A stretch of DNA of 64,000 nt, from positions 62,001-126,000 of IMG/VR virus record IMGVR_UViG_3300044974_001280; one strand, written 5' to 3'. Positions 36,901 to 48,967 of the stretch are shown here, in pieces (position 1 is the stretch's first letter; each line of letters opens with the position of its first letter). Under the pieces are notes generated by a model, which searched no databases, was not told the origin of the DNA, and saw nothing but the letters and a program-made list of their open reading frames with translations. The position numbers and the translations under genes were made by a program.

Positions 36901-37541
36901 TTGGCGGTGGCTATCTGAGCGAATTTTGTATTCATAAAGATCACCCAGCTTTGGTGACAGGTCAAACTTTTACTAATTTAGTTAAACCCAATTTTGCCGG
37001 TGGTGTGGTAGTGTACCCGGCCTTCAGACAATCCGATTATTTCTATTATGATGCGAATCTACCCAACTACTGGAAGCAGATTTCATACAGTCCGGTTACA
37101 GATGATTTTGTACAGGGACCTACTGCTACTAGAGAAGATTCTATGTTTCCTTTAAAGTGGGGTTTTGAAAGTTCTGATGAATGGCTGATTGGCAGATATA
37201 GTTGTGGCTCTTATTTCTTTTTAGGTCCCGTAACTTCATCCGTAGTTCAGGTTCAAGGTTCAACTTCTTTGGCATTCCAGCCAGTCCAGCAGGGTTCAAA
37301 TAATGCCATTATTATCCCTATTATCTTTCAATTTAGGACAACTGATAAGTTAGGTTATATTGGTGGATTTAGGGCAGATGGTAATCCAACCAATATTGTT
37401 TATACAAAAAAAATGGGCATTGATATTCAGGTAAAAAATCAAAGTCCTTTTTCTTTCGATCTAGAAGCGACAGGAAAATACAAGAATGACACCCTTTCTT
37501 CTCCTAATTTCTCTTCGCAAGGTGGTTTGAACGTTGGATAA
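33966..37541 (+). CDS. large virion structural protein with coiled coils and FN3-like segment
   Basis: 1191 aa; heptad segments; VEIRIKSVSEAG...SDWS is an FN3-like C-terminal strand. Confidence 0.55.
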   Translation: MAGTQNSVSSLVAQFLRLQKNSIEIINGLNEVATSTNDTVQIEMLDEAGFPSNVSIPAYGYLRSQIQRLDSNIQSLAGLGDNFSTVRNPDGTYSQIYKSEPLRDPTPLVNLQVPSTFSARDNWFFESFLSPLLYISLDVTGQIPDDADRILVKRIIANTDTDDKKAYFDTNLKGRNEISEQNFISELTGAGINYFVDEDIIPLPLRTIRNQGSFGVLSFYDDTVSTTDANGQTVQETRRNYKLNSVQYTDTSTGVQNGRTLNVGNVLLTSDGTRYEITSINISQTSVQLKRISGYQPVQIGNNSLSLLSTQFNARFVDVNVGYDERQGVFFKKIDDNYNIVASNWSPGIVFFSNELRINTTSGVQTLEQFYLTSVADLGQQLLAMAKEKKISAVSGLVPEPPSIVNSNFKVVQINTQLTQGTDIQTLNQKVALKATLQSEIAQLDTAINTNRAQINSLSTTSVTPFSKTSGNSLTSSIDTSLRTTTQNSQALTANLNSLTQQRVQKQQLLASVVSDINTLSTSTPQLTVDPKYRVRGFWAIPPPRINPSTGSQQVIQFIIEYRYLSDSGISPAVQQINFLDNNGQQKTGSFSNWNRVITDIRTKIYDPNTGTYTWAPELTDDADANNINQLDIPITSGEQVEIRIKSVSEAGWPDNPLTSDWSDSVIIGFPADASTQNTAAAVTTNLKDEAVLAIQQDLSSKGLDNLLSRQFTAGSKVFVLDTPAIASGFYDSNGNPVDLFQKLTDLQNEIVSLRATIERSVGVLEVQIVDSAGNSQIITSGQTIKLNAGYTNQIFTSPLTSDAGKIASSIYQLKLINTAAGILELSSVVPGGLNTVAGSSTTYSLPEGYNQSLRYGEIGISITSLTPADIIPPGSTGNANDESFQQLRQAAPYMSGNANSQFIYPRWKSVGLDQDLYVSTQPYSAGYNYQGNGQGLPQNGSSLIPYDPSVSTVPTASGTGPAVWNGNYTGSTGSYAGVGGGYLSEFCIHKDHPALVTGQTFTNLVKPNFAGGVVVYPAFRQSDYFYYDANLPNYWKQISYSPVTDDFVQGPTATREDSMFPLKWGFESSDEWLIGRYSCGSYFFLGPVTSSVVQVQGSTSLAFQPVQQGSNNAIIIPIIFQFRTTDKLGYIGGFRADGNPTNIVYTKKMGIDIQVKNQSPFSFDLEATGKYKNDTLSSPNFSSQGGLNVG

Positions 37542-37544
37542 ATA
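37537..37544 (+). promoter_or_regulatory. putative late promoter GATAAATA
   Basis: Overlaps the upstream stop, 47 nt before the giant ORF. Confidence 0.5.
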
Positions 37545-37590
37545 GAGAGTAGATTAAACAGAATGATAGAGTTACTAAACCAGAATCTAA

Positions 37591-40500
37591 ATGCCAAATT
37601 GTTATAATTACTTAGTAAGTCAGGTAGGTTTACAAGCAGCAACTTATGATTACCAAGATTGTGTTGATGGGTCAACCGAACAACTTAATGTGGGAGCGGG
37701 TGCAACCGCTTCAATTTGTGCTATAGAAAATTCTGTTTTATTTATTATTGGTGAAGAAGGTGGGGTCTCACAAGAAAGCTCTTGTGGTTCGATTACCCCA
37801 ACTCCCACCCCCTCTATTACTCCCACCCCTACGCCTACACCATCGGTAACGAGTACCGTGACTCCAACCCCTACTCCAACTCCGTGTCTTACTTCGGCTC
37901 CTTGTTATGTCTATGAATATGAAAATTTCGACAATTTTTCAGTTGATCTAGAAAGTTGTTCCTGCCGACAGGAAGTTCTAAGCTTTGGACCTGACCAAGG
38001 ACTTACAGGGGGAACAGGATCTTTTGGTTTTTTTATAGGGGTAGCCCAGCCTGAAGTAAAAGGAGGAACGGCCGATTTCATCGGATCCACGGGACCCATT
38101 CAGAACAGTGTTGTCCCCGAAGATGCATGTTACTGCATGCAAGTTGTTAACATCTCTTACACCCAAACAGGATTTATTTCTTATACGGGTTGTAACAATC
38201 TGACAATATCAACGACGCTCAGCCCTAGAACAAGGATTCAGGTTTGTTATAAGGGGATCAATGCTGCTTTTAATGTAATTCCTGTCCCTGGATATAATTC
38301 AGGTTGTTGGAATACCGTAGTAGGATGTTCCCCAGGGGGTTTTTGTGGTTTTGAATGTAGATGTTATGAGTACAACAACACAACGGGAAATACTATTGCT
38401 GTCAATTATATTGATTGTGAAGGTGCAGTTCAAGCCATTGATCTTTCCACAGGTGATTCGGGAAGGTTGTGTGCCCGGGCAATTGTAGATAACGTTTCTA
38501 TTTTTACTAATGCCACTACTTGCGGATACAACAATTCTGCTCCTCTTTGTACAGGAGGAGTCTGTCCTACTCCTACTCCTACCCCAACCCCCACCCAGAC
38601 TCCTACCAACACTCAGACCCCCACCAATACTCAGACCCCCACCAATACTCAGACCCCTACCAACACCCCGACTCCTACCAACACCCAGACTCCTACCAAC
38701 ACTCAGACCCCCACCAATACTCAGACCCCTACCAACACCCCGACTCCTACCAGCACCCAGACTCCTACCAACACTCAGACTCCTACCAACACTCAGACTC
38801 CTACCAACACTCCAACCTCGAGCGTTACCCCTACCAACACCCAGACTCCTACCAACACCCAGACCCCTACCAACACCCAGACCCCTACCAACACCCAGAC
38901 TCCTACCAACACCCAGACCCCCACCAATACTCAGACCCCTACCAACACCCAGACTCCTACCAACACCCAGACTCCTACCAACACCCAGACTCCTACCAAC
39001 ACCCAGACTCCTAACTCAACCCCTTCTCAAACACCTAGCGTTACGCCCAGCGTAACTCCTACTGTTACCCCTACCAACACCCAGACCCCTACCAACACCC
39101 AGACCCCCACCAATACTCAGACCCCTACCAACACCCAGACTCCTACCAACACCCAGACCCCTACCAACACCCAGACTCCTACCAAAACTCCAACAAACAC
39201 CCCCACAAAAACCCCTAATAACACACCATCACAAACACCAAGCGTCACCCCAACCAATTCACCCACCCCTTCAAATACTCCAACTGTTTCTCCTTCCCCT
39301 GCCGGATCCACTGGATGTCCTCCTCAAGACATTTCTTGGAGTTTTTGGAATTTAAATAATATATTTGATAGGGTAGGTAGATTTTATGAAAATAACAATA
39401 CGGGGAACAGTCAGATTGCCACTGTTACCGTTTCGTCCACTCAACCCAACACTTCCTATTATAATGTTACAAATACCCCATATTTTGCTTTACTTTGTCC
39501 TAAAAATCCCCAGCTGACTGAAGCTTTGGGCCTGAATGTAAATCAGGTAACGGGAACGGAAGTATACACTTTCACTTTCGATAGACCAGTTACGGATCCT
39601 TCTCTAGCAATTTACTCTCTTGGAAGTGGAGGAACAACGGGAGTTGCTCAATTCACCAGTAACTTAGAAATTGTCTGTGTTCTGCAGGACCCAACCCTCT
39701 CTTTCCCATTAACTAAAACTGGTCCTAACGAAGTAACGGGAAATGAAAGTTTTGGAACTATTTATTTTCCAGGTACTCACACATCTATAAGTGTATCGAT
39801 AACTAATGCAATGGCTGTTAATTTCGTTTGGGGTATTTGCACTCAGGAACCCCCACCTTGTGAAGTTGATCTGATTATTGCATACGACATTTCAGTTTCA
39901 GCTGGCACTAACACCCCATACAATGGATCAATCATTGCAGAAAGACTAGTTTCTCTCCAGATAGTCAATAATTTTATCAATGAAATAAATTCGGGTAAAG
40001 TAAGAGTTGCAGCTTATTCTTGGTCAGATGTGTCTCCTGACCCCCAAATTCAGCCTTCTCTGAACAGTTTGCAGTTTTCATCTAATTATAACCAGATCTA
40101 TAATTATTTCTGCCAACAGTCGGTTTCTTATCCTTCCTGTCTGGACTATTCAGGGGTTTCTTTTCCTGGTGGTACCAATCCAGGATTGGGGATTAATACA
40201 GCTATTAGCCTGGCAACTTCCTATGGTAGACCCAATGCCAAGAAAGTTCTTGTTTTAATAGTTGATGGAAATCCGAGTACAAATCCTAGTTCACCTAATG
40301 CTTATCTTTTACAGCAAGCTACACTTTTCAAACAGTTGTCTCTTTATGGCATGCCTGGAACTTCAGAGATAGTTGTCATTGGAGTTGGTGGGAATTCTGA
40401 TGATCCAAATTTTACTGCTTGTTCGGTTAGCATTTCAGGAATTCCTACAGATTTGTGCTATTCATCTGCCTTATATTCCCAAGTTGCTTCCAATGACCCA

Positions 40501-43500
40501 ATCACAGGGAATCCAATGATGATCAACCTGGTGGGTCCAGGCCCAGGTCCTTCTTCCATCCAAAGTCTTTATAACAATACCCCAGGCCTACAAACTATTT
40601 ACAACGCCGCTCTTCAAGCTACTAATTTTATCTGCCCCAATAGCCCCTGTACTCAGGCTAATCTTTTCGTCAATGGGGATTTTCAAAATTCTGTAGCTTC
40701 CCAAACGGGTGGTTCTGTAGTAGGTTGGTCCCTTAGCAACGTGGATGTTAGAAGCATTAGATCAGCTTATTTTCCTAATTTCTTTGGCCCGAATTCAGAC
40801 AACGTCTTTATTAATTTATCCTCCTGTGCAGCCTTTGGGACCGTTCAACAAGCTTTAACACTCACTCCTGGTACTGTCTATATTTTAAGTTATAACATTG
40901 GCGCTAATAAACAAAATCTTGCTGACAATTCTTCGAGAACTGTTCAGGTTAGACTAAATGGGACTTTGTTATCCACTAATAACATACTCCCTAGTGCAGT
41001 AATCGGGACTACTTCCAATAACCCTTTCTTTGATTTTGGATGGGAAACTAAATCTGTTATTTTTACTGCTACCCAAATTTCAAATACTATCCAATTTAGG
41101 GGAAGCTCTCCAAATACTTGTTTCGGACCGGTTTTAGATAATGTTTGCTTGGTTGAGTCCAGTGCTTATCCAGTTCCATCCCCCACTCAGACTCCCTCAC
41201 AAACACCAACTCCCAGCATAACCCCGACAAACACCCCAACTCCTTCTACCACACCAATCATTTGTAATTGCTATAATTACTATAATGATAATGATCCGTG
41301 TCCACTTCCTGTAGTTGCCTGGTCCACTAAGCCTCTATCTGATCTGGGCCCTGGCGATTTTATTTATAACACCCCGAATTTAGCAGATCCTTTTAGCAAC
41401 TCTGCCAATTCTTTTTATGCTTTTGGACAGGACCCGTGTGATTTAGAGCCCCGCTGGCTTTTGCTAGGAACTGCATCGTCGGGACAAATTTCACTGTCTG
41501 GTGTTTGTGATGTTACCCCAACTCCAACCCCCTCCTCAACTCCAACCCCAACTCCTTCCGTATCTGACAATTTAGGAGTGTATACGGTGTTCATGAATAT
41601 CGAAGGGGCTTCGAGTGAGTCTTTTTCAGGAGAACCTGAAATACCAGGACCTACTCAAACCGCTAGTTCAACCCCAACCCCGAGTATCACCGCTTCTCCA
41701 ACCCCAACTTCGAGCGAGACCCCAACTCTAACTCCAACCCCAACGGAGACTGGAACCCCGACTCCAACCCCAAGTGAAACTGCTACTCAAACTCCAACCC
41801 CGAGCGAAACTGGTACCCCGACTCCAACTCCAACTAATAGTTTAACCCCTTCTGAATCTGCAACTCCTTCTCCAACCCCTACCCCAACGGTTACCCCTAC
41901 TGTATCCCCTACTCTTTCTCCTGTTGGTACTTGGTATCCCTTATACGGTAGGGGTAACGGGTACATCACTAGCCAACAAGCCTGTGATGCACATCTAATA
42001 GGTGAGCCTTGCGAGGTTTCATATGCCGATTGCGATCCCTCGGTAAATTTTGTTTCATTTTCTGTGCTTCCGGGGGAAAGTGGAACTTTCTGTGCCCAGT
42101 GGATAGTTTCAGATCCTTGTGATATAGTTTCACAGCAAGGAGGATGCACCAATCCTGGAGGAACTGGGTATATTTGCGCACCTCCTCCTACCCCTACTTT
42201 AACTTCTACTAGTCCTGCCCCTTGTTGTATAACTGCTAATAAATTCATTTCTCCACCCTTTCCTAATAACGTTTTTCCTAGTACAAGTTGGTTGTATAGA
42301 TCAATTAATTGGAATGGTGTTACTATTACAGCTTCAACTACAACACCTAATGCACTGAGAATCGCGGCACCCGAACCTACTTACGGTTGCGACATTCAGC
42401 AAATTATTTTCGATTCCTATAATAACAAATATTCAGGATTGATCGATACTTTCTACTCTTCGCCGGTTAATGCTAATTATACCCTGAATTTCAGCCAACC
42501 AATTTCTACAATTACTTTAAGGATTTTGTACCTTAGTGTAGATGAAAACAGTAATTCAGAGTTTATCTATTTTACAACAAACACTGGAACTCCTAGTCTA
42601 GAACCAGTTATTTGGTGCGGTGATAGATCAAGTTTTGAAATAGGAACCAATGTAAACGGTAGCTATATAAAAAATCTCTTAACAACCGTTCCTGGCAATT
42701 ATGACGATGAGGTTTCTCTGGTTGTGGAAATTAAGAACCCCTTGGGCTTCTCAAGCCTAACCTTAACTAATGTTTGGCCACCTAATCCAGGCAGCAGCAG
42801 TCCAGCGGGAGTTGGTTTTGATATTTGTGAGTGCTCAAACCCTACTGCCACTGTAACCCCGAGTGTCACCCCTACTAACACCCCGACACCTAGTATCACT
42901 CCTACTAACTCCCCAACCCCTAGCATTACTCCTTCTATTAGTGTAACACCGAGCGTCACCCCTACTAACACCCCGACTCCGAGTATCACTCCTACTAACA
43001 CCCCGACCCCGAGTATCACTCCTACTAACACCCCGACCCCGAGTATCACTCCTACTAATACTCCGACCCCTAGTACCACCCCTACCAACACACCAACCCC
43101 GAGTATCACCCCTACCAACACACCAACCCCGAGTATCACCCCTACTAGCACCCCGACCCCGAGTGTTACCCCGAGTGTTACCCCTACTCCTATTATTTAC
43201 GATTGTATCAGATGGTGTATCGCAAACACAAATTCGTATCCCGTTACTATCACTGTTACCAGATGCGATGGCACTTCACAACCTTTTTCCCTTTCTGCTT
43301 TTTCTGAAATCTGCAATATCTGCCTCAGAAATGTGACCACCATTGCGGGTGTTATAGCAACCGATACAGGTAGACTTTGCACTTTCTTACCCAAACTTTT
43401 TGATTACAATTCTTCCTTTGGAGTTCTAAGAACAAATCCAAAATTAACAGGAAATGTGAAATTAACACTGGACTCTAATGGTTCAGTTTGGATGAATTCA

Positions 43501-46500
43501 ATGGATGCAAATCCAGTTCTTAGCGATCAAAGATTCAAAAAATACCGAGTTTCGGGACAAAACGCCTATTCTAAAGATCTGTACAGATTCTTCATGAACG
43601 GAACCGTGCCAGAAAATGTTATTTTTGAAGTTGCAAAACTTACTGATGGGGAGGACCGGCCAGTGGAAGGCTTTAGCTCTCAGTACGATTTCTTCTATGG
43701 CTCTGGTGCCTCTACACTTGTTGATAGAAATTACAACGAGAATTTCCGGTACTTCCAGCCATTGTGGTTGCGGGATGAGATTCCAGATTTCTTTGTCATC
43801 TTTAAAATCCCGGGGCCTTTGAGTTATCCGTATTCGACAAACCAAACCGAAATTCTGAGCGGGACCCAGTACAAAATTATTCAAGACGTCAATTCACCTG
43901 ATCCTTTTGTCATCTCTTATGGGGTTGATAATTTTGCCCGGCCTATTTTGTATAGGGCTGGAGAATTTATGGTTGGAAATTCTGTTTACTCAACCTACGA
44001 AATTGTATCAGGATCTGGTAAAGTTGTGCTAATGAACGAGACTCTTTTCCAGCCTGAAGTTGATGACGTTAATTCATACTTCAACAGTAAAATCCTTCCA
44101 AACGCGGCTGCTATAGCAACTTTTGATCTTCGAGAGGACACCGTTATAGGTAAATATATTAGATCTATCATTAACGATCCTGGATTTTCTTCAGCTCCTT
44201 TGGATTTCTCCTATCAGCTTAATGCCTTTACTTACTACCAAGGAGTAGATATCAAAACAGGTAGTTATAGTAAAAAAGGGGAGTTGATGTACGATTTCTT
44301 GATTTCCAACAACTCCACCCCCCAGATAGATTTCGAGAATTATGTGACAGGAGGTTTTGAGAGAAATGGGATCATAATTCCCAATTTATTGAATTTAGAA
44401 TTTCTCTTTAATGATCCTGATTCTGATTTATATTCCATCAACAGATATTTTGGTCTGTATGTTTCCAGAAATGATTTAGGAAGTTTTAAATTGAATGGAG
44501 ATTTCTTCTATCAATATCGTAACCTGTCCGGCAACAACAATCTACCTAAACCTTCCACCAATAATGTCGGATATGCTAGTAGTACTGACCCTAATTATTT
44601 GAGTAGCACGACCGGAGTCAGACTTTTCTATCAAGAGGCAAATTCTTGGATTCCTGGCTCCTATGATGTAAATGTTTTAGAGCCACAGAAGCTTTTCTAT
44701 ATCACCGATAAAAACGACAAATTTTATTCCCTCCTCAGAAATGAAAATTACGATTCCACCACCCAAACTTGGTCCAACAACACCCCGGTAAGTGGTCAAT
44801 TCGGACCTCTTTTGCCTTCTGGTAATTTCGGAACTGAGTCGAATATGGAAATGAAATCCGGTAATTTAGTTGTGTTCAATAGGCAACTAAATCTACTTGA
44901 TTTTACCGGCCCCAATGAAAGAATAGGTGGTTTTTCGGGTTTTTTACCTGAATCTTCCGGTCACGCCAACATTAATATCCAGTTTTTATCAACTTTTAAT
45001 AGCAGTACTCCAGTTACCTTCAAGATCATTTGGCCGAATGGAACTAGAGGACCTTTAAATGAAAAATACGACCTGATTCAATCTTCCTTATTGGGAGGCA
45101 GCGTTCTCAATTGGCAGGCTGGAAGTTCTTATAACAACGGCAACACCCACTATTTCAATTTCTCTCAGGGCCAAACGTCCCAAGTCGCATCTTCGTTTGT
45201 TCAATGTGTTCTCTCCATCAGCAGCACTATCTGGGATTCTGCTAATTCTGACAATAACGCTATCATTAGAGCCAGAAACAGCGGAGCGAATTACAACACA
45301 GATTTTAAGATTGCAGTCTTTTCTGACTATGATTCTTTTGAGTCTTCTTATGCCGGAATTTGGTCCAGCACGGCCGGCTATTCCGCAGGTCAAATTGTCT
45401 CCTATTTTAATGTCTACTACACAGCTTCTTCTGCCATTACAGCCCCAAGTTCCGGCAACACGAATCCTCCTCCTACGGAGGATAACACTTGGCAAAATTA
45501 CTTCACCTTTACAACTTCAGGTCTGATTAAAATTGAGAACTATGACGTTTCAGCTTTAGATAGAAATCTGAATTTCGTTGGTGGTACTGATTTCTCTAAA
45601 TCTAGAGTTGCCTTTTCAATCAACGAGAAAGATAAAATTACCCCTGGCAAATGGATCGAAGTGGAAGGAGGTAGGGGAGTGGTAGGTTCCGTTTCTAGAA
45701 TTTCCTCGGTTACCAGATACGTCGACCGTCCAATCTACAATAATAATCCCTCCTTGACTTCGGGCACCGTGACTGAATTCAGGGGCTACAATGAATTTTT
45801 GGTCGCAAGTTTGGAAGATACTAAAGCTATTATCAGCCTGGGTAGTGATGGCAATTTCAATGTTTGGGATGTAGCTACTCTCTACTCAGGTGCTTTCAGT
45901 TTCTTCGATCTGAAAGATTTTGACTACGATTTTCTATCCTCTAAATACGGAGAAACACCAACCCCTGAATTCCATCGATATTTCCAACTTGTTCCTGATC
46001 AACCTGGTCAAATCGTAGAGGGTGTAAAATACATCGTAAGGAGTGGTGAAATACTGGTTGATAAAGGTTCACCCACGGAGAGGATTTTAGGCCCAGGCTC
46101 TGCCTTTATTGGCACTACGGTCAACTATTTCCAGGATATATTATTCTCTGAAACTGGAACTCTTTCTGTCGTGTATCCAGCAGTTTTCAGCCAGGTTGGT
46201 TGGGTAGACCCTCAGACCCCCTACCCTACAACAATTGTCCCCGAGCAAAATCTGAACTCGTTTGAGGGTTTTTACGGAATTCAATCCATCTCTAACGAAA
46301 TGCCGATCCCAAATCCTCTTGAAAAGGCAGAGTTATTTGAATATGGTAAGCTTGAAACAGAATACCAGTATCTCTGGGAAAACTTCACCCAGACCCGGGC
46401 CAATTTTTCTAGAATAGTGCCTTTCGTGAACAAATGGGGATTCTTAGGTGGCACCGACGCCAGGGGCAATGTTTACAGACTGAATTCTTCTCCTGCATTC

Positions 46501-48927
46501 AGCCCCACCAATTTTTCCCCTAGTTTTCAGAAAGAAAGCCCAGATCCTCGATATCTGACCCACGAGTGGTTGATTCTTCAGGGGGTTCCTCCTCAGTTCC
46601 CAATTGATGATATTTCAAAACAGAAAAGTTATCTGCCGGGCGAGGTTGATTTTCAGAAATTGCGTAGTGGCAATCCTAATTACGCCCTGTACTTTAATTC
46701 ATTCTTTACTGTCTCAACCGCAGATTATCCAGCTCCCTACTACAGCCTGAAATATCAGGGGTACGAATACTTTAGCAACCTCAATTTCAATTATGCCACC
46801 GGTTTTTATGAAACGGTCTTTAGGGGAGTAAAGATAGTACTGAAGAAAAGAAGCAGTGTTACGAACCCCAAATCAGAGCTTGAAAAATACATTATCAACT
46901 ACAGAGGGTATGAAAATTACAATTTCTCTGCCATCCTCAAAGTTGTGCCGGAGGATGATTCTGAAATCCAAAGTCCAGTTAGGTATGAGTTTATTGAAAA
47001 CGTGCAACAAAAATGTGTCCTCTTGGTAGTGTACGTCGTCATTAAAGATTACAGAGCTTTACCTTTGGGGTCGACTGGAGGAACTGGAGGAACACCCTAC
47101 CTGGATTATCTGCTGATGTATTGCATGAGTGACAAGAAAGAGGCCACGGACGTTGGAACAACAGGAGCTACGGGTCCTACTGGATCACCTCTCTACGATA
47201 TTGCTGATATCAAGTTGTCTGCGGCCTTGAATCTCTCCACTACTTCAGACAGTTCAGTTACTCTATTTTCTAATTCTGGAAAAATCTTCACCATTGAAAA
47301 TCCAGATTTTGACACCGATTTAAGAGAAGAGATCAATTTGTTTTACCCAATAGGATCTACCGGGTCCGTCTCCGATACCGGACCTGGTAGTTTCTACGTC
47401 CCCAGTCAGTCTTACACTTACCCCTGGCCAGTTGGAAGATCCCAAAATTTAGTTGATTTTCAAGCTATCGAGCCAGGAGCCTATGAATTCCAAATTCCCT
47501 TTGCGTTCTCCTCGCCAGTTACAATCCCAGTAGGACCAAGATCAGCCTACGCTAATTATCCAGTTTTTCAAGTAGACGGGGGAGAAGATTATTTCGACTT
47601 TATTCTAAAAAGAATTTCCCTATCCCAAATTTATTTGCGTGTTAATAACGAAAGCCCCTATATTAGTTATACTACTTACGATTGGGATCCGATTGCTGAA
47701 AGTACCCTGGTTTCTCAGAATTCTTTTCAAGTTTCTTTTACTGAGCCAACTGCTCTCTATAAACCAACTGGCTTATATCCAGTCAAGAGCTACGAAGGGC
47801 CTCAAACTCTAGGCACTAGTGTTGTTACCAGTTATCAGATTGAAAACGGTGGTTCCGAGCTGGCCAGTGATATTTTAAGGTATGGAGGCGCATACGAACC
47901 TTTGTTTAAGAAGGTGCTCAGATTCAAGGGTGATAAAACGGATTCAATCTCCGGCAACCCAGGGGCAGACATTACTTTCAGAAACTGTACCTTTGCCCCC
48001 GAGCAAGAAGGATTTGGTCTCATAGAAAATCTGGCTTTTTCTAAAGTCTCTCTGGATCAAAATATTCTTCAGGCTTCTCAGAATTTGCCACAAGGACCGG
48101 TGTTTCCTTTAGTGGGTCAATCACCAATTTCCTACAAGAATTTCTCAGTCTTCCTTTCCAGCTGGGATCCTGGCTACTACAATCTTTGGACCTCGGCTAC
48201 AACCCAGAATCCAGTTGCCGGAACTAGATCGATGAAGGAGAACAAAAGTTTTCTGGGTTCAAAGATGATGCAGACCCCCTACACTGTTACCATCTACACT
48301 TTCATCACTCTAGAACTGGTGAGAACATCAGGCAACACCAATGTCGATGCGATTAACACTCAGGCGGTTGCCGCGGTTCCTGCCATTCAAAATTTAAACC
48401 CCTCCACTTCTAACACTGGGGTAGGACAATTAGGAAATTATCTCAGTAATGTTGATTTACCCGTTTTCGATCAAGACATCTTCCCCCAAGTGGAAATCTT
48501 CTGGCAAAGGAACGAAATTTCCAACACCGTCATCGGTTCTATCAGATTGGATAGGATCTTAAGAAGGTATCTGTTAAATTCCGGGGTTAGCCAGGTTTTC
48601 GTCGACAACATGGTGAGCGAGTTTGGATTGGGGAATCCCAACAGCATCTACGACGATATCAACACCTACATTGACCAGAATATAGTTCCTATCTACGAAG
48701 GGATTACTTTTGATCTGTTTGTCAAGAAGACAGGAGAGGCGTTAACAACAACTGAATTATTGGTAAGAGGAGATCTTATTAATCCAGATCGGATCAGATA
48801 TGGTTACTATCAACAAAATAACTACAGATTAACTAAAATCACCGATTTGATTTACTCTTTCGAATATCCTCTAACGGTCGGTCAAAATTATTCCTTGACT
48901 TTCTCCTTCAGAATCCAGAAAATTTAA
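37591..48927 (+). CDS. giant modular adhesin/tail-fibre-like structural protein
   Basis: 3778 aa: repeated Cys modules (CYxY..YxDC..C), Thr/Pro linkers, vWA domain (DISVS MIDAS, GGTN, LIVDG; about 39865-40635), DUF642/CBM-like domain (NLFVNGDF...FGPVLDNV; about 40657-41160), CBM5/12-like [15 protein letters not shown] (45361-45495), non-repetitive C-terminal ~1840 aa from about 43396. Confidence 0.75.
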   Translation: MPNCYNYLVSQVGLQAATYDYQDCVDGSTEQLNVGAGATASICAIENSVLFIIGEEGGVSQESSCGSITPTPTPSITPTPTPTPSVTSTVTPTPTPTPCLTSAPCYVYEYENFDNFSVDLESCSCRQEVLSFGPDQGLTGGTGSFGFFIGVAQPEVKGGTADFIGSTGPIQNSVVPEDACYCMQVVNISYTQTGFISYTGCNNLTISTTLSPRTRIQVCYKGINAAFNVIPVPGYNSGCWNTVVGCSPGGFCGFECRCYEYNNTTGNTIAVNYIDCEGAVQAIDLSTGDSGRLCARAIVDNVSIFTNATTCGYNNSAPLCTGGVCPTPTPTPTPTQTPTNTQTPTNTQTPTNTQTPTNTPTPTNTQTPTNTQTPTNTQTPTNTPTPTSTQTPTNTQTPTNTQTPTNTPTSSVTPTNTQTPTNTQTPTNTQTPTNTQTPTNTQTPTNTQTPTNTQTPTNTQTPTNTQTPTNTQTPNSTPSQTPSVTPSVTPTVTPTNTQTPTNTQTPTNTQTPTNTQTPTNTQTPTNTQTPTKTPTNTPTKTPNNTPSQTPSVTPTNSPTPSNTPTVSPSPAGSTGCPPQDISWSFWNLNNIFDRVGRFYENNNTGNSQIATVTVSSTQPNTSYYNVTNTPYFALLCPKNPQLTEALGLNVNQVTGTEVYTFTFDRPVTDPSLAIYSLGSGGTTGVAQFTSNLEIVCVLQDPTLSFPLTKTGPNEVTGNESFGTIYFPGTHTSISVSITNAMAVNFVWGICTQEPPPCEVDLIIAYDISVSAGTNTPYNGSIIAERLVSLQIVNNFINEINSGKVRVAAYSWSDVSPDPQIQPSLNSLQFSSNYNQIYNYFCQQSVSYPSCLDYSGVSFPGGTNPGLGINTAISLATSYGRPNAKKVLVLIVDGNPSTNPSSPNAYLLQQATLFKQLSLYGMPGTSEIVVIGVGGNSDDPNFTACSVSISGIPTDLCYSSALYSQVASNDPITGNPMMINLVGPGPGPSSIQSLYNNTPGLQTIYNAALQATNFICPNSPCTQANLFVNGDFQNSVASQTGGSVVGWSLSNVDVRSIRSAYFPNFFGPNSDNVFINLSSCAAFGTVQQALTLTPGTVYILSYNIGANKQNLADNSSRTVQVRLNGTLLSTNNILPSAVIGTTSNNPFFDFGWETKSVIFTATQISNTIQFRGSSPNTCFGPVLDNVCLVESSAYPVPSPTQTPSQTPTPSITPTNTPTPSTTPIICNCYNYYNDNDPCPLPVVAWSTKPLSDLGPGDFIYNTPNLADPFSNSANSFYAFGQDPCDLEPRWLLLGTASSGQISLSGVCDVTPTPTPSSTPTPTPSVSDNLGVYTVFMNIEGASSESFSGEPEIPGPTQTASSTPTPSITASPTPTSSETPTLTPTPTETGTPTPTPSETATQTPTPSETGTPTPTPTNSLTPSESATPSPTPTPTVTPTVSPTLSPVGTWYPLYGRGNGYITSQQACDAHLIGEPCEVSYADCDPSVNFVSFSVLPGESGTFCAQWIVSDPCDIVSQQGGCTNPGGTGYICAPPPTPTLTSTSPAPCCITANKFISPPFPNNVFPSTSWLYRSINWNGVTITASTTTPNALRIAAPEPTYGCDIQQIIFDSYNNKYSGLIDTFYSSPVNANYTLNFSQPISTITLRILYLSVDENSNSEFIYFTTNTGTPSLEPVIWCGDRSSFEIGTNVNGSYIKNLLTTVPGNYDDEVSLVVEIKNPLGFSSLTLTNVWPPNPGSSSPAGVGFDICECSNPTATVTPSVTPTNTPTPSITPTNSPTPSITPSISVTPSVTPTNTPTPSITPTNTPTPSITPTNTPTPSITPTNTPTPSTTPTNTPTPSITPTNTPTPSITPTSTPTPSVTPSVTPTPIIYDCIRWCIANTNSYPVTITVTRCDGTSQPFSLSAFSEICNICLRNVTTIAGVIATDTGRLCTFLPKLFDYNSSFGVLRTNPKLTGNVKLTLDSNGSVWMNSMDANPVLSDQRFKKYRVSGQNAYSKDLYRFFMNGTVPENVIFEVAKLTDGEDRPVEGFSSQYDFFYGSGASTLVDRNYNENFRYFQPLWLRDEIPDFFVIFKIPGPLSYPYSTNQTEILSGTQYKIIQDVNSPDPFVISYGVDNFARPILYRAGEFMVGNSVYSTYEIVSGSGKVVLMNETLFQPEVDDVNSYFNSKILPNAAAIATFDLREDTVIGKYIRSIINDPGFSSAPLDFSYQLNAFTYYQGVDIKTGSYSKKGELMYDFLISNNSTPQIDFENYVTGGFERNGIIIPNLLNLEFLFNDPDSDLYSINRYFGLYVSRNDLGSFKLNGDFFYQYRNLSGNNNLPKPSTNNVGYASSTDPNYLSSTTGVRLFYQEANSWIPGSYDVNVLEPQKLFYITDKNDKFYSLLRNENYDSTTQTWSNNTPVSGQFGPLLPSGNFGTESNMEMKSGNLVVFNRQLNLLDFTGPNERIGGFSGFLPESSGHANINIQFLSTFNSSTPVTFKIIWPNGTRGPLNEKYDLIQSSLLGGSVLNWQAGSSYNNGNTHYFNFSQGQTSQVASSFVQCVLSISSTIWDSANSDNNAIIRARNSGANYNTDFKIAVFSDYDSFESSYAGIWSSTAGYSAGQIVSYFNVYYTASSAITAPSSGNTNPPPTEDNTWQNYFTFTTSGLIKIENYDVSALDRNLNFVGGTDFSKSRVAFSINEKDKITPGKWIEVEGGRGVVGSVSRISSVTRYVDRPIYNNNPSLTSGTVTEFRGYNEFLVASLEDTKAIISLGSDGNFNVWDVATLYSGAFSFFDLKDFDYDFLSSKYGETPTPEFHRYFQLVPDQPGQIVEGVKYIVRSGEILVDKGSPTERILGPGSAFIGTTVNYFQDILFSETGTLSVVYPAVFSQVGWVDPQTPYPTTIVPEQNLNSFEGFYGIQSISNEMPIPNPLEKAELFEYGKLETEYQYLWENFTQTRANFSRIVPFVNKWGFLGGTDARGNVYRLNSSPAFSPTNFSPSFQKESPDPRYLTHEWLILQGVPPQFPIDDISKQKSYLPGEVDFQKLRSGNPNYALYFNSFFTVSTADYPAPYYSLKYQGYEYFSNLNFNYATGFYETVFRGVKIVLKKRSSVTNPKSELEKYIINYRGYENYNFSAILKVVPEDDSEIQSPVRYEFIENVQQKCVLLVVYVVIKDYRALPLGSTGGTGGTPYLDYLLMYCMSDKKEATDVGTTGATGPTGSPLYDIADIKLSAALNLSTTSDSSVTLFSNSGKIFTIENPDFDTDLREEINLFYPIGSTGSVSDTGPGSFYVPSQSYTYPWPVGRSQNLVDFQAIEPGAYEFQIPFAFSSPVTIPVGPRSAYANYPVFQVDGGEDYFDFILKRISLSQIYLRVNNESPYISYTTYDWDPIAESTLVSQNSFQVSFTEPTALYKPTGLYPVKSYEGPQTLGTSVVTSYQIENGGSELASDILRYGGAYEPLFKKVLRFKGDKTDSISGNPGADITFRNCTFAPEQEGFGLIENLAFSKVSLDQNILQASQNLPQGPVFPLVGQSPISYKNFSVFLSSWDPGYYNLWTSATTQNPVAGTRSMKENKSFLGSKMMQTPYTVTIYTFITLELVRTSGNTNVDAINTQAVAAVPAIQNLNPSTSNTGVGQLGNYLSNVDLPVFDQDIFPQVEIFWQRNEISNTVIGSIRLDRILRRYLLNSGVSQVFVDNMVSEFGLGNPNSIYDDINTYIDQNIVPIYEGITFDLFVKKTGEALTTTELLVRGDLINPDRIRYGYYQQNNYRLTKITDLIYSFEYPLTVGQNYSLTFSFRIQKI
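38566..39300 (+). repeat. 18-bp coding tandem repeat, mucin-like (TPTNTQ)n
   Basis: ACTCCTACCAACACCCAG-type units repeated more than 25 times with synonymous variation and interruptions. Confidence 0.95.
42856..43191 (+). repeat. 30-bp coding tandem repeat ([10 protein letters not shown])n
   Basis: CCTACTAACACCCCGACCCCGAGTATCACT-type units recurring with period 30. Confidence 0.9.
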
Positions 48928-48941
48928 TTTTTAAGAGTCTG

Positions 48942-48949
48942 AATATATA
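48942..48949 (+). promoter_or_regulatory. putative late promoter variant AATATATA
   Basis: GAATATATACAG 19 nt before ATG 48968; the same 12-mer occurs at 53312 and 6039. Confidence 0.5.
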
Positions 48950-48967
48950 CAGAAAGACATTCTTCCC

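Noticed and set aside
38430-39311. Alternative-frame and antisense ORFs over the TPTNTQ repeat (38510-39055, 38520-39014, 38430-38612, 39117-39311)
   Set aside because: Stop-free frames are a by-product of the 18-bp repeat; variation between units is mostly synonymous in the giant ORF frame.
42699-43151. Antisense hydrophobic (VGVILGVG)n ORF
   Set aside because: Mirror of the Thr/Pro repeat, not an independent membrane protein.
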